From Octopus vulgaris (taxonomy: Eukaryota): a stretch of DNA of 64,000 nucleotides. The notes beneath the pieces are model-generated. The model made no database searches and was not told the DNA's origin. It saw nothing but the letters and a program-made list of their open reading frames with translations. Positions 1 through 12,924 of this stretch are shown piece by piece. How positions within the stretch are numbered: position 1 is the first letter of the stretch; each line of letters opens with the position of its first letter. The position numbers and the translations under genes were made by a program. The stretch is from NCBI GenBank assembly GCA_951406725.2, contig OX597824.1:60140001-60204000 (forward strand). Direction: 5' to 3'.

Positions 1-64
1 TTTGCAAATAATATTTAACGTTTTTCCCAGCAACCACAGTCACTGATTTAGAAAAACTGTCTGA

Positions 65-620
65 AAGCATTAATAAATCTCCGAACGAGATATAAACAGT
101 AACCGCTCGACAACGTAAAGTGTACTAGCCATCTGAATGTGGCTAGCCACTGGGGGTGGGGTGTTACTGACGCTTTTAGCCCCAGGAGATCGACGTCTCC
201 AGCTGGCCTTAGACACAATTTCAGTGCCCTTGTGTTATTTGCAAAGGGAGGTCATCCTCCCTCGAAAACCTAAGTGATACATGCGGACTATAGTTTCAAG
301 GTTTTTGCCAACGTTAAATATTATTTGCAAAGGTCTCCTTCATTGAAAACCGGTGTTTACCATGCGTTGACGAGAGGCAAAAACCTTGAAACTATAGTCC
401 GTATGTATCACTTAGGTTTTCGAGGGAGGATGACCTCCCTTTGCAAATAACACAAGGGCACTGAAATTGTGTCTAAGGCCAGCTGGAGACGTCGATCTCC
501 TGGGGATAAAAGCGTCAGTAACACCCCACCCCCAGTGGCTAGCCACATTCAGATGGCTAGTACACTTTATGTTGTTGAGCGGTTACTGTTTATATCTCGT
601 TCGGAGATTTATTAATGCTT
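65..620. repeat. ~245-bp-arm inverted repeat (65-309 / 376-620), probable Penelope pLTR-derived fold-back
   Basis: Arms are near-perfect reverse complements (aagcattaataaatctccgaacg... vs ...cgttcggagatttattaatgctt); 1-22 is also the reverse complement of 310-331; followed by (TA)n. Confidence 0.9.
361..405 (+). ncRNA. Type I minimal hammerhead ribozyme-like motif (U3 core variant)
   Basis: catgcg-TTGACGA-gagg caaaaa cctt-GAAA-ctatag-TC-cgtatg: stem I catgcg/cgtatg, stem II gagg/cctt, palindromic stem III ACTATAGT, GUC triplet at 397-399. Confidence 0.7.
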
Positions 621-730
621 ATATATATATATATATATAGGGAAAGTTTACGTAAAAAAACAAAAGGCGAAGACAGGTGGTGTACAAAACAAACAGATGT
701 ATTAGTATAACGCTCAGGAATAGAAAAAGT

Positions 731-766
731 CTTTTACGTTTCGAGCCTACGCTCTTCTACAGAAAG
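731..766 (-). ncRNA. Minimal hammerhead-like motif (A6->U variant) in a short TA/CA-flanked repeat (~640-830)
   Basis: Minus strand cttt-CTGTAGA-a gagc gtag gctc-GAAACGTA-aaag: stems I and II pair, stem III is the palindrome ACGT. Confidence 0.5.
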
Positions 767-948
767 GTACACAGAAAAAACAAGGAGAGAAAAAATGTGT
801 GTAGTGGCTAACGCTCTATCATGGCGTCTGACACACACACATATATATATTAGGTATCATAAGAATTTATAAACTTTCAAGAGTGTGTGTGATAATTCAT
901 TTTTGGAATTGGGTCTCAAAGTCCATACAAAGCTTGACATAACTATCG

Positions 949-2385
949 CCCCGTCAGTCTTACAAGCTGCATTGCCAAACTGATGGAATCCTGTTTCAGA
1001 GAAACCCTCTGGAACTTCTGGAAGTCTCACAGCCTCATCCAGCCGTCACAATTCAGATTTATTCCTAACTCCAGCTGCTGTAATCAACTCATCGAGTTTC
1101 TTGAGGACGTTACCCAAATCACTGATCGCGGATCCTAGGTGGATGTTGTTTACCTGGACTTTGCTAAGGCTTTTAACTCTGTGCCACACAAAAGACTTAT
1201 GGTGAAGCTTTCTGTGTTGGGTGTAAGAGACGAACTCTATAACTGGTTGAAGTCTTTTATTTTCGGCCGAAAAGAGGTTGTCACAGTTCTAGGACAGCAC
1301 TCTTCGCCCTATGAGATGGCATCTGGTGTACCACAGGGATCTGTTCTTGGCCCCCTTTTATCTGTTGCATATGTTAATGACATTGATGCCAACTTAAAGA
1401 ATGCCACAGTGCTGAAATATGCAGATGACATCAAGCTGTACCTCGAAATAAAGAGGTCAAATCCTGTACACTATAGATCCCTATTGCAAGCAGACCTGGA
1501 CACAATGCAGCAGTGGATCATGGACTGGCAACTAAAGCTGGCTGTGGGCAAATGTACCACCATGCATTTTGGGAGGAGAAACCCAGCGTCCACCTACTCC
1601 CTCCACAATACTAGTCTCAAAAAGTCTTCGTGTGAACATGACCTGGGTGTTATTGTCGACAGTGATTTGCGTTGGACAAAACACATCGCTAAAATTGTCA
1701 AGAAGGCTGAGGGTGTCTTGGCATCACTCACCAAATCCTTTGTGAGCCGCTCTCGGCTATCTATCTGCGGCTTTATATAGCTATGGTAAAACCTCACCTG
1801 GTATTTGTATCACCGGTATGGAACCCCTATCTTGCCCAGGATATCAATCGTCTGGAAGCCATTCAGTGACGTGCAACCAAAAGAATACCCTCCATCAGGC
1901 ATTTGCCATATCCTGAACGCCTTACTTCCCTGGGCATGGACACATTGAAACTCCGACGTCTGGCAGCTGACTTGGCAGACACCCATAAAATTATTAACCA
2001 TCTTACAAACAATAACTCTGAGCACCTTTTCAAACTCCACCCATCTAACACCTGTGGACATATTTACAAAGTCAGAAAACAGCACAGCTCCCATGACTTC
2101 AGGAAACATTTTTTCACGCTGAGAGTTGCTGAAGCCTGGAACAAACTGCCGGCATCAGTTGTTAGTTGTCGGAGCACTGCATCCTTCAAAACTTCCATGC
2201 TTTCTGAGATTCGCCAACACTACACCTGATTTTCTCCCCTCCATACACACACAAGCATGTATCTGACTCATACATTGTTCGCTTTCCAGACATTTTTACA
2301 ATACTGCATGTACTTTATATGCACTTTCTGACAAGTTGTGGTGCACCTGAGCACTGTATACAAAAATTTCATCATTATTATTATT
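949..2385 (+). mobile_element. 5'-truncated, decayed CR1-type LINE (RT domain + C-terminus + (ATT)n tail)
   Basis: ORFs 1139-1780 (YLDFAKAF, SGVPQGSVLGPLL, YADD) and 1903-2229 (FFTLRVAEAWNKLP); stops and frameshifts; tail attattattatt near 2372-2385. Confidence 0.9.
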
Positions 2386-3569
2386 TAATATATGAATACT
2401 CATTTGGATAGAAACACACACACACACAAAATCAACATCCATCTTTTATTCGTAGAGTATCCTACTCATGTTGATCACCCCCACCCCAGTTCACTAGTCA
2501 CTACATTCACACCTCTTAAACACATCTGACCTCCTCCACCTCATGTTTATATCTGCTTCACTCTCTTCTAATGCTCTTTTAACCTTGCACACCCGCTGCC
2601 CTTGACTGTTCTGTTCCACATCTTTTGGACATGTTAGAATAAGTGCATGTTCTGGCACCTCATCATCACTCTATTTACCACTTGTTGAGCTCTGCTCCAG
2701 CCATCCCCATGCACCCTTGTAAAATATTAGGTAGCCATGAATTTCCACTACAAACAGTAAACATGTCCCCCTCTGCCTCCCCATCATATTTAAGCCTATC
2801 ATCACCTTGCTAAAAGAGACCATCCTATCTCCTATCCTTTCCCTCAGTCAATAGGTTCTTCAGTCTTGCAAGTTACTTGGTGACCACACTAATATAGATG
2901 TCATGACAAAAGCACACTGTATAAAGTGGTTAGCATTAGGAAACACATCCAACCACAGAAATCATGCCAAAATAGTAGCAACATTAGAGCAAGATATGAT
3001 CCTCTGATCTTTTGCATCCTGTCAAAATATCCACCTAATGCAGGCATGGAAACTGGACATAAAATGATGCTGACACATATACACTTGTGTATATGTGTGT
3101 ACATATGTGCACATGTGTATGTGTATATCTGTGCTTCACCAAAAAATCAGTGAGTAAGAAGTAATGATGTTGCTGTAGTTTACCTTGTCAACACATGATT
3201 TACTAGCTTTGCACCTTCAAATACAGAATGAGATATCCCTTCCTTGTAGAACAGGTAAAGGTTAGTGATAGGAAGGGTATCCAGTTGTACAGGAATACTT
3301 AAGTAATATGCTCATCTAACCCATGCTAGCATAGAAAATCACTGTCATCATTTCATGCTTACATGGGTCAGATGGAGGGAGATTTTCTACAACAGAATGC
3401 CCTTCCTGTCTATTCTTATCCTTATCTATTTTCAAGTAAAGTAATATTTCCCTATGGCCAGATATATGCTTCATGGAAACAAACAACATTGCTTGTATGA
3501 CAATGGGTTGTGTGTGTGAGTATCCATGTCAAGACATGAGTGTACACATACAAACACACACACACATAC

Positions 3570-3780
3570 TGATTTCAAATTTTGACACAAAGCCAGCAAT
3601 TTTAGGGGAGGGGTAAGTTGATTACATCAACTCCAGTGTTAAACTGGTACTTATTTTATTGACCCATAAAGGATGAAAGGCAAAATCAACCTCAGTGGAA
3701 TCTGAACTCAGAATGTAAAGACACAAAATACTGCTAAGCATTTTGTTTGGCATGCTAATGATTCTACCAGCTTGCTGCTT
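3570..3780 (-). mobile_element. SINE, Nin/Deu-domain-like family (other copies ~13065-13250 +, ~31515-31710 -, ~48345-48550 -, ~62990-63190 +)
   Basis: Shared core gcctttcatcctt...ggggtcgataaaataagtaccag and ctggcagaatcgttagc head across copies; family name is from recall. Confidence 0.7.
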
Positions 3781-3976
3781 TACACACACATATGTATATT
3801 AACTCCCAAGAATATAGTCAGCTTGGGGTTATAGTAGAAGGCACTTGCCCAAGATGTGCAGTGGGACTGAACCTGAAAGCAAGCTTCTTAATCCCACAAC
3901 CACGCCTAAACCAAGCCATGTTTGCACCTAATCACAATAAATGAACAAAAAATCAAAAAGAAAGAAACAAAGGTAC

Positions 3977-4092
3977 CTAAATCACTGCCTTGATTTACTG
4001 CTTCCAGTAATTTGTCAGAAAGACAAGTAACATCAGCAAAACCAAGGTTCACTCCTTGACCAGCCAATGGATGGATTCGATGGGCAGCATCC
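3977..4092 (-). CDS. COQ6: COQ6 coding exon 10
   Basis: tacag|G GAT GCT GCC...GAT TTA G|gtacct; [39 protein letters not shown]; 116 nt. Confidence 0.95.
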
Positions 4093-4477
4093 CTGTAAAA
4101 AACCAATAAAATATGTTACTGTTACACTTCAATGTCAGATACATTCATTGATCTTTTTATCATGGGTATAAGTGTGGTAGTGTGATTAAGAAGTTCACTA
4201 CAAAGCCATGGAATTCTGAGTTCAGTCCCACTGAGTGGTACCTGAGATGAAATTAGTTCAGACAAACTATGTAGAAGTTTGCGTGCGTGAATGTGTGCAT
4301 AGAGCAACCAATGTAGTGAACACTATCAATCTAGTGAATGTCTAGAAACCAGTCTAATGAACACTTATAAACCCAGTCCAATGAACACCCAGTCTAGTGG
4401 AAAGCTAACAACCAGTTTAGCAAATGTCCAGCAATCAGTCAAGCAAATAGTCGAGTAGATGTGTGAATGCATGTATT

Positions 4478-4522
<45 letters not shown>

Positions 4523-4589
4523 CATCCTCAAGTATAATCTGCATTTTTTTCCCCAAATTTAAAGTTCAAAATCCCTAGTGCATACTATA

Positions 4590-5040
4590 TACGAGGTTAA
4601 AAATTAAAAATATTTTCTAAGTAATGTCCGAGTCTCTATTTGCTGTCTGGCAATGTTTATTCAGACGCATTTTGTGATGTCAGGCATGAAAATACTTTAA
4701 GCTAAACCTGAAAGCAATGAAGTCATAAAAGAATCATCCATAACTTGCAGTAAGCAACATTTATTATAATAAAAATATTCAGAACACAGAGTAACATGTA
4801 ACAAAAACAATTTGCAAACATATTTACATTCCCATATAACAGTTAAGAACATCACCATTAATGTATTATGCATGCGCGGAAGTGTCTGTTCGACTAGGTG
4901 CTGCTGGCTTAATTACGCATGACTCAAGTTAGAGAAGGGATGCGTATTATACACAAGGTTTAGCTTTTTAGCGGTACAGTTCCCTAAAAATCCCTTGCAT
5001 ATTATACTCAAGGGCGGATTATACTCGAGGATTTACGGCA
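4590..5040. mobile_element. Possible non-autonomous DNA transposon remnant (pogo/Tigger-like end)
   Basis: Right end gcggattatactcgaggatttacgg with repeated ttatac(t)c motifs; the matching left end is not clear. Confidence 0.3.
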
Positions 5041-5483
5041 TATATTTTAAGAAAAAGGTGGCCAACTCTTCAGAAAGTCTCCATGAATGGACGAAAGTAC
5101 TAATAAACAATTATCCAAAATTCTGACTGCCTCCTTTTTCTTAATATACAATATCTGTACATCACTTCAAACACACACACACACACACACACTCACTCCG
5201 TCCGTCTGTCATTGTCTGAGGTGGTAGTACTGGGGACCCTGGTTTCCTCCTCTGTGTTGCTGGTCCCGGATTGGTCACCATCTCTAGCTGTGATGATTGT
5301 ACTGCTGGTAACATATGGTGTGGGGCCAGTCACTCTACTGATGTTGATAATAATGGTTTGTCCATCATCTGGGGTTGTCAGTTACCACCTTGCATCAGCC
5401 TCCTATTGGACAGTTATTGCTTACTCTGCAAGAGCAACCTGCCTACTCCTTGTTTTGTGGGTGCTTGCTAAAATGCTTTTTAT

Positions 5484-5577
5484 GTTAAGTGCACAACTAA
5501 AGGAGACACTTAGATTGTTCCTGTTAAATAAATGCTTGTATCTATGTGTGTGTGTGTGAAATAAATAAATATATAAG

Positions 5578-5632
<55 letters not shown>

Positions 5633-5823
5633 TCATATATATATATATATTTATTCATATATATATATATATATATAAATATATTTATTTATTTATATAT
5701 ATATATTTTTTTTATTTATATATATATATATTTATTTATTTCACACACACACACACACTCATAGATACAAGCATCTATTTAACAGGCACAACCTAAGTGT
5801 CTCCTTTAGTTGTGCACTTAACA
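5484..5823. repeat. Fold-back with ~90-bp arms enclosing a ~150-bp TA-rich microsatellite
   Basis: gttaagtgcacaactaaaggagacacttag... is the reverse complement of ...ctaagtgtctcctttagttgtgcacttaac; (TG)n and (CA)n tracts also mirror each other. Confidence 0.85.
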
Positions 5824-6506
5824 CACACACACACACACAGTCTGCCTTCTATGCTGGCATGGGTGGGACAGTTTGACAAGAGCCGGCCAAGTAGAAGCCT
5901 GCATCAGACTTCTTTTGGCAGGATTTTTACAGCTGGATGCCCTTCCAAACACCAACCACTTTAGAGTATGGACTGGGTGCTTTTAAGTGGCACCTGCACT
6001 GACAGGGTCACCAAGTACTTGCAAGACAAAGAAAAAAAAATCTCTTTTGAGAGGGAGGGGGCATTGGAGGAGGTGATATTGTGTCGGAAAGGTTATAGTG
6101 AGACAGAGAGATAGAAACAGGTGTCTTGCTGTAGAGGAGATACAAGGTTGCCTGGGTGGGGGGAGGGGGAGAGAGAGAGACAGATCAGAAATGAAGTCAG
6201 AAACAAGTGCACTGCTGCAGATGAAAGATGTTGTTACTCATCCTGAGGGAAGTGCAGGAGAAGAAGAGAGAGAGTAGGAGACAGCAAGATAGAGATGGTG
6301 GCAAAGTGCTGAGCATACTCACAAGGGACAGGGATCAGAATATAAATAGGATGGTTGAGTAAAGGAAGAGAGAGATATAGATGGTGACAAGTGCCTTCAG
6401 GTTCGAATGCCGTAATATAAGTGGTAGGATATTGTGAAAGAAGCTTGGTTAAAGTGTGTGGAAGTGGGGAGTGAGTAGCAAAAGCCTGGGTGTGTATATA
6501 TATATA

Positions 6507-9500
6507 ACCTCCAAACCTTCTAATATATTTATTTGGATGTACAAGACATCAGAATGGATGGTTTAATATCAGATCCATAAAGAGAGGATACCAAAAATAC
6601 AGAAAACATTGAAAAGAATGGAACAGAATCAGACCCAAAACAGGCTTATACCAAACACACAGAAGACCTAACACAAATCTGTGAAATAAATAAGACAGAA
6701 TCACATCTTCAACATGGGAGATCTATTCACAGAAACCTGTAGTAAGTTGAATTTACCTCTTTCAAGAATTGATACAATCTTTGCAAACATTGCTTTAACA
6801 ATAAATATGATCCAAACACAAAATATTCTCTCTAAAAATAATCAAGCAAACACAACTGACAACACAAATCTTTTGACGGGACCACCCCAATCACAAAGGA
6901 CAACAAATGACGAAACAAAAACTGACACAAACCAAGAAAAACCTTCAAAACCCCCAAGACTGGAACAAACTTCTAAACCAACGTAAACATGCTTATTGGA
7001 AAAGCATATGCTGTAAGAACATAGCTAACATATACCAAAACTGGTGGGACATGAAGAACCCAATACTCCCTAGAAAATTCCTTATCAAAGAAATAAGAGG
7101 TGAAACATTAGAAGAAACAACAATACATGCAAACCTAGCCCTTTGCCGACTAGAAACGGAAATTTCCCTTCCACAAACACAAAGTTTACACCAGGAAGAT
7201 AAAATTAAAACAATTTATACTGTCATAATGGCCAAAATAACAGAAAGGAACAATAACCAAAACAAAGAAAAACTACAACAATTATGGAAAGAGGATACCA
7301 AATGAGAGGAGGAAAGATCCAGAATTATGTGGACCAAACAACAGGAGTAGTTTTTAAACTACGAAAAGAACTATGGGGAAAAATCAATTATGAAGACAAA
7401 AAAACTACCAAAACAAATGAAAAGACACAACAAACCAACATCATGAACATATTGGACTCCCAGACATCCAAATAAGCCCTACCAAATACAAACCAAAAAC
7501 CCGCTCCTTACACTGCCGAATCTCCCAATAAATAGACACACAAAATATGAAAGACGACCATCAACCCAAAACCCTACAAAGACAAACACACAAGCAGCAA
7601 GACGAGCATGATACATACAACCAACAACCTATAACACTTGGAGAGAACAAACAGAATATGAACAACCACCAACACATAACACTGGACATCCTAAATGGAC
7701 ACACACATGGAACAATAAACAAGTGGATAGAAATCAACACACAACCTACAACAAACATTGAGGAAATCCAAACCATACAAACACCAACCCTATGCGACCC
7801 CACAAATTTACAAGATGGATAAAAAACAACCCCCACTATCAATACAATACAAACACAAAACATGAACCATCCACCTACCCACAAAGAAACCTGAACCCCA
7901 GTAATAGAAATTGGCTCAACAAACACAGAAGATGGGAAGAAAACAACTACCAAAGACAAAACAACACATACATACCATACAGACCACCCCTACTACTACA
8001 AGAAAACCTAAGAACTGAAAATGGAATTTGGAGACGCAACAACACAACCCCTTTTTTAAGGAAAGGATACTTCAACCATACTCCAGACCCAATACACCAA
8101 AAATTCCGAATGAACACACAAATCACATAGACCCCAAAATAATAAACCTATCTAAAAGAGAACTTAACAAAAATGAAATGAACCTACTACTAAAAGGCCT
8201 CAAATTTACACCCACACCCACTCCAAATCTCATAGAACTAAAAACTGATATAGACAACTTCAGCCGCCACCTCCGCCTTATGGAATTCTTTGAAAATAAA
8301 GAAACAGTAGATAACTCAATCATAAGAAAAAAACCCATTTCACCCCTTACAAGGGAAGTGACAAACACCTAGACACATACATAGAGACAATCTCCAAATT
8401 CCCTCTCAACACACACAAATGCAAACAGAACCTTCGCAGAGGAGAAAAACAAGCCTTACAAAAACTAAAAAATGACAAGAAGCTGACAAAGGTGGAGCAA
8501 TAGTAATGATGGATACAGATTACTACAAAGAAAAGATACTGGAGTTGCTTAACAACCAGACATCCTATAAAGAGGAACCAACAAAACCGGAGAAAACAAC
8601 AATAAAAAATTAAAACATTAGTCAATGAATACCAGGACTCCTTTACAGATAAGGAGAAAGATTATCTATGCAACTCAAGAACCAAAGATAGCAACTTTTA
8701 TGGATTACCTAAAATTCATAAAAGGTCTGAAATACAGAGAGCCACAAAGGAACAGAGGAACCACTATATAAGAATACAAAGGTCTGAAGACCTCACAATG
8801 AGACCAATAGTGGCAGGATCCCAGGTACCAACACAACAACTAAGCCACTTCATAGATGTACTCCTCAAACCTTTATGCCCACACATACCAAGCTACATAA
8901 GGGATGACATAGACTTCCTCACACACATTCCAAATACAGTTCCGAAAAACACCATACTTGCAAGCTTCGATATCATAAACCTATACATGAACATACCATA
9001 CACCCTAAGTCTGGAAGCAATAAAACAATCGGTAGAAAAATACAGGTAACTCATAGACGAACGTTTCAAGACAGACTTTATCACCCAAGCCACCCAATTA
9101 ATACTCGAAGAAAATACACTCTCATTCAACAACGAGACATACCGACAGATAAAGGACACGGCTATGGGTACAAAATTCGCACCTTCATATGCCAACCTGG
9201 TGATGGGTTTCCTTGAGAACAAACTATACGATGAAATAGGGAAAGTCTTTGAACATGACTTCAGAGAAGACATCAAGTAAAAGTGGAAACGCTACCTCGA
9301 TGACGGCTTCATCTTTTGGAACAGATCAGAAGACCTACGAACATTCCACAACATCCTCAACACGCTGCACCCATCTATCAACTTCACAATAGATACCAGC
9401 CTTCCCTTTCTAGACATCAACATCAAGATACACAACTCCATCATCACAACAGACATCCACTACAAAAAAAACGACACACACCAATATTTAAATTTCTACT

Positions 9501-10737
9501 CCTGCCACGCATCCCACATAAAAAGAAACATCCCATATAGTATGGCAAGACGCATATGCAGCATAGTAACTGACTCACAAACATGCCTAATAAGACTAGA
9601 TGAACTTTAAAATTTCCTACTAGAACAAAAATACCCCCTTAAACTAATAAAAAATGGAATCTCAAGAGCAATGAAACTAGACATCACACAACTCAGGACA
9701 CCCAAAACAAAAAACAAAGAAAACATTATCCCTTTCATAAACACACACAACCCTGGAGTTACCAACATGTTCCAAATCATACATTCAAACCTACCAATAG
9801 TCTTACAAAGCCCCAAAATGGAAAACATACTAAACAAATATTGCATAAAAAGCAGTAGACGACAAGACAAAAACCTAAAGAAACAGCTAACAAGAGCAAA
9901 ATTCTCATCAGAAACTAAAACTGAATTCTTTGTAAAAGAGTACGGAAATGGTAGATGTGGGATCTGCAGTAACCCCACCTAAAATACATAGAGAGACAAA
10001 GAAATGAAATTTAAAAGTGGTCACATATTCAAAATAAATGCAGATATGAACTGCAAGACACAGAATGTAATATACTGCATAACCTGCACCACGTGCAAGG
10101 AGGATTACATAGGTGAAACTGGAAATTCTTTATGCCAACAAGCCAGGATTCACCGACAACATGTCCGACAGGAGGAACTGCGCAAGATACCACTGAGTAA
10201 ACACCTAGATACATGTGGAGAAGGAAAATTTAAGATCTTTCCCTTCTACAAATGTCCAAAGAATGACACCTCCTTCAGGAGGAATATGGAAAAATATTTC
10301 ATAACTAAGTTCTCCCCCAAATTGAATGGCTGAAAATATCTCTATAATAAGCTGTACTAGATGAAGGACCAAATTTGTAAAGTAAACTGTATTAAACACA
10401 CACAAACACAGTTCTACATATGTGTTTTGGTTTTTGAAAATACAACATTGAACAAAGGATATTCTAATATTTGAATGAAACCATTTTACTTTAATTTGTG
10501 GAACCAGTTGCTCCTGTATGATAAAACTTAATATTTATTTAGCTGTCAATTAGTGAGATATTAGACTAAATCAATTGAAGATCAGACAACAGACTTAGTG
10601 GTTGTCAGTTTGTATTCTGTCATCTGTAACTTCAAGAAAGTCTCTTTTTCAAGTATGGACCTTATGAAATTTTGCTCATCATACATTGAAGGACAAATCT
10701 TTCAATTTATAATTCAACAAACATAGTGTAGCATTTA

Positions 10738-10780
<43 letters not shown>

Positions 10781-11441
10781 TAAATATCAACACAATTATT
10801 TCTTCTTCCTCTTTTTCTTCTTTCTTCCCTTCTCCAACGACACCCGTTCCAGACTCACAGGCACCACCACCCCCACACACACCTTCACAAAACAATAATA
10901 AAAAGAAGTCCAGACAATTCTTCTTTGAAATGGCCAATTTCTAAAAACCAAAAACCATTTATAGTTGCAAAAAAATAAAAACAAAAGTGGCACTGATTAC
11001 TCTTAACAACTTGACCATTCCTCCTTAAACACACACACTCTCACAAGACAATGATAAAAAGGAAATATAATTTATGGTCTACTTTCCCTCCCCTTTCTTC
11101 CTAACACTCCTTTCAGATACAAAAACACACACATACACACATACATACTCTCTCTCACTTTCTCCCCATTCATCACCCTCTTGTACTATCTTATATCCCT
11201 CCCCACCACTACATGCTCAATAACACTATAAAATGGTAAAAATTTTTTCACAGGAACTTAGTTCGATTTGAAAACCTCACTAGAATGGAAGAAAGCGTGA
11301 ATATATGATATAAGTTATATGATGTATAAAAACATGTAATATACAAATAAATATCTGTAAATAAAAACCATCCAAATTTCTGAGTACCTCATTTCTTCTA
11401 ATATAAAATACCTGTACATCATCTCCAAACCTTCTAATATA
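6507..11441 (+). mobile_element. Near-full-length decayed Penelope-like retroelement (RT + GIY-YIG endonuclease, pLTR)
   Basis: IINLSKREL...LLLKGLKFTP, FYGLPKIHK, RPIV, FDIINLY, AMGTKFAPSYANL, LPFLDI, C..C, VIYCITC...YIGETG; ctccaaaccttctaatatat repeated directly at ~6508 and ~11422; many stops and frameshifts. Confidence 0.92.
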
Positions 11442-11445
11442 TATA

Positions 11446-11900
11446 TCATCATCATCATCATCATCATTTAGCGTCCGTTTTCCATGCTAGCATGGGTTGG
11501 ACGGTTCAACTGGGGTCTGGGGAGCCCGAAGGCTGCACCAGGCCAGTCAGATCTGGCAGTGTTTCTACAGCTGGATGCCCTTCCTAACGCCAACCACTCC
11601 GAGAGTGTAGTGGGTGATTTTATGTGCCACCGACACAGGTGCCAGACGAGGCTGGCGAATGGCCATGCTCGGATGGTGTTTTTTATGTGCCACCGACACA
11701 GGTGCCAGACGAGGCTGGCAGACAGCCACGCTCGGATGGTGTTTTTATGTGCCACCGACACAGGTGCCAGATGAGGCTGGCGAACGGCCACGATCAGATG
11801 GTGTTTGTTACGTGCCCACAGCACGGAGGCTAGTCGATGCGGTACTGGCTACGGTCACGTTCGGATGGTTTTCTTGTGTGCCACCGGCACTGGTACCACA
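11446..11900 (-). mobile_element. RTE 3'-end fragment with ~60-bp tandem array and (GAT)n tail (other copies ~21689-21997, 23150-23396, 27410-27863, 29773-30080)
   Basis: Matches the 3' terminus of the RTE at 14211-14520 (agcgtccgttttccatgctagcatgggttggacgg); about 4-5 units of gtgccaccgacacaggtgccagacgaggctggc. Confidence 0.9.
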
Positions 11901-11901
11901 A

Positions 11902-11957
<56 letters not shown>

Positions 11958-12797
11958 TTGCTATCTACCGGATAGCAATGATACAGAGGAACAGGGCCAT
12001 GAGGACAAGATTGGGGAGTAAGAGTTAGGTATAGTGTATGAAGGAGGAAATGTGAGGAAGAGAAGAAACGTAGAGATGTAGGTTGGGTTGTTGGGGTAGG
12101 GTGTGTGAAAAGTTTACTTGTTACATGTAGGTGGAACACACATGTTGATGGGGGGGGGGCTAGCAGATAGCAATGAAACATTGAGACAGGGCATGTGGGT
12201 GGAGCACACAAGTTGGGGGCTAGCAGAGAGCAATGATACAGTGGCACAGAGCCAAGAGTACAGGATTGGTGTGTGGGAGATAAGCATAGTGCATGAAGTG
12301 GAAATGTGAAGAAGAGATGTAGTTTGGGTTGTTGTGGTAGGGTGTGTGAGAAGTTTTCTTGCTACGTGTGGCTGTGACACAGTGCTTCTAGAACTCAGTT
12401 TCAATGATGTGGGCAGGTCTTCTCAAGAACTTCATATCACCAGACATCTCAGTCCATTGTCATTTCCTCTGTGAGGCCCAACATCCTGAGATCGGTCCTT
12501 ACCACTACAGCCCATATCTTCCTGGATACCATCCACTTTCAGTGATCGGCACTTCTTTATGCAGCTGTCCTCATTCATACACATCACATGTCAAAACCAA
12601 TGGAGTCTTCTCTCTTGCATGCTACATTTGATTCCTCTTATGCCCAACTTTTCTCTTAATACATTTGTACTTTGTTGTACATGCGCAGTGATGTTGCACA
12701 TCCAATGGAGTATATTGATACAACATGTAAGTGTAGGTATATGTACGTATGCCTGTCTTATGAATGGTTGATCTGGTAGAAAGTAAGAAATACTTAC

Positions 12798-12924
12798 CCA
12801 ATTAAGGCAACTCCTTGTCGGACAAAATATGAGGCAACATTCAAAGCTAAGGGGAACAAGGCACGTGATCCTTCATCAACATTGGAAATTGTTGGTGGCA
12901 TTTGTCTCAAAGAACCACCTCCAC
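12798..12924 (-). CDS. COQ6: COQ6 coding exon 9
   Basis: aaaag|GT GGA...ATT GG|gtaagt; GGGSLRQMPPTISNVDEGSRALFPLALNVASYFVRQGVALIG; 127 nt; phases match neighbouring exons. Confidence 0.93.

Noticed and set aside
1-3976. Searched for the remaining COQ6 3' exons (YETERQ-like region)
   Set aside because: No matching exon found; the region is repeats, so the gene presumably continues left of the window
5212-5764. Hydrophobic and YI-repeat ORFs
   Set aside because: Translations of (TA)n/(TG)n and repeat DNA; the same applies to most short ORFs in the supplied track
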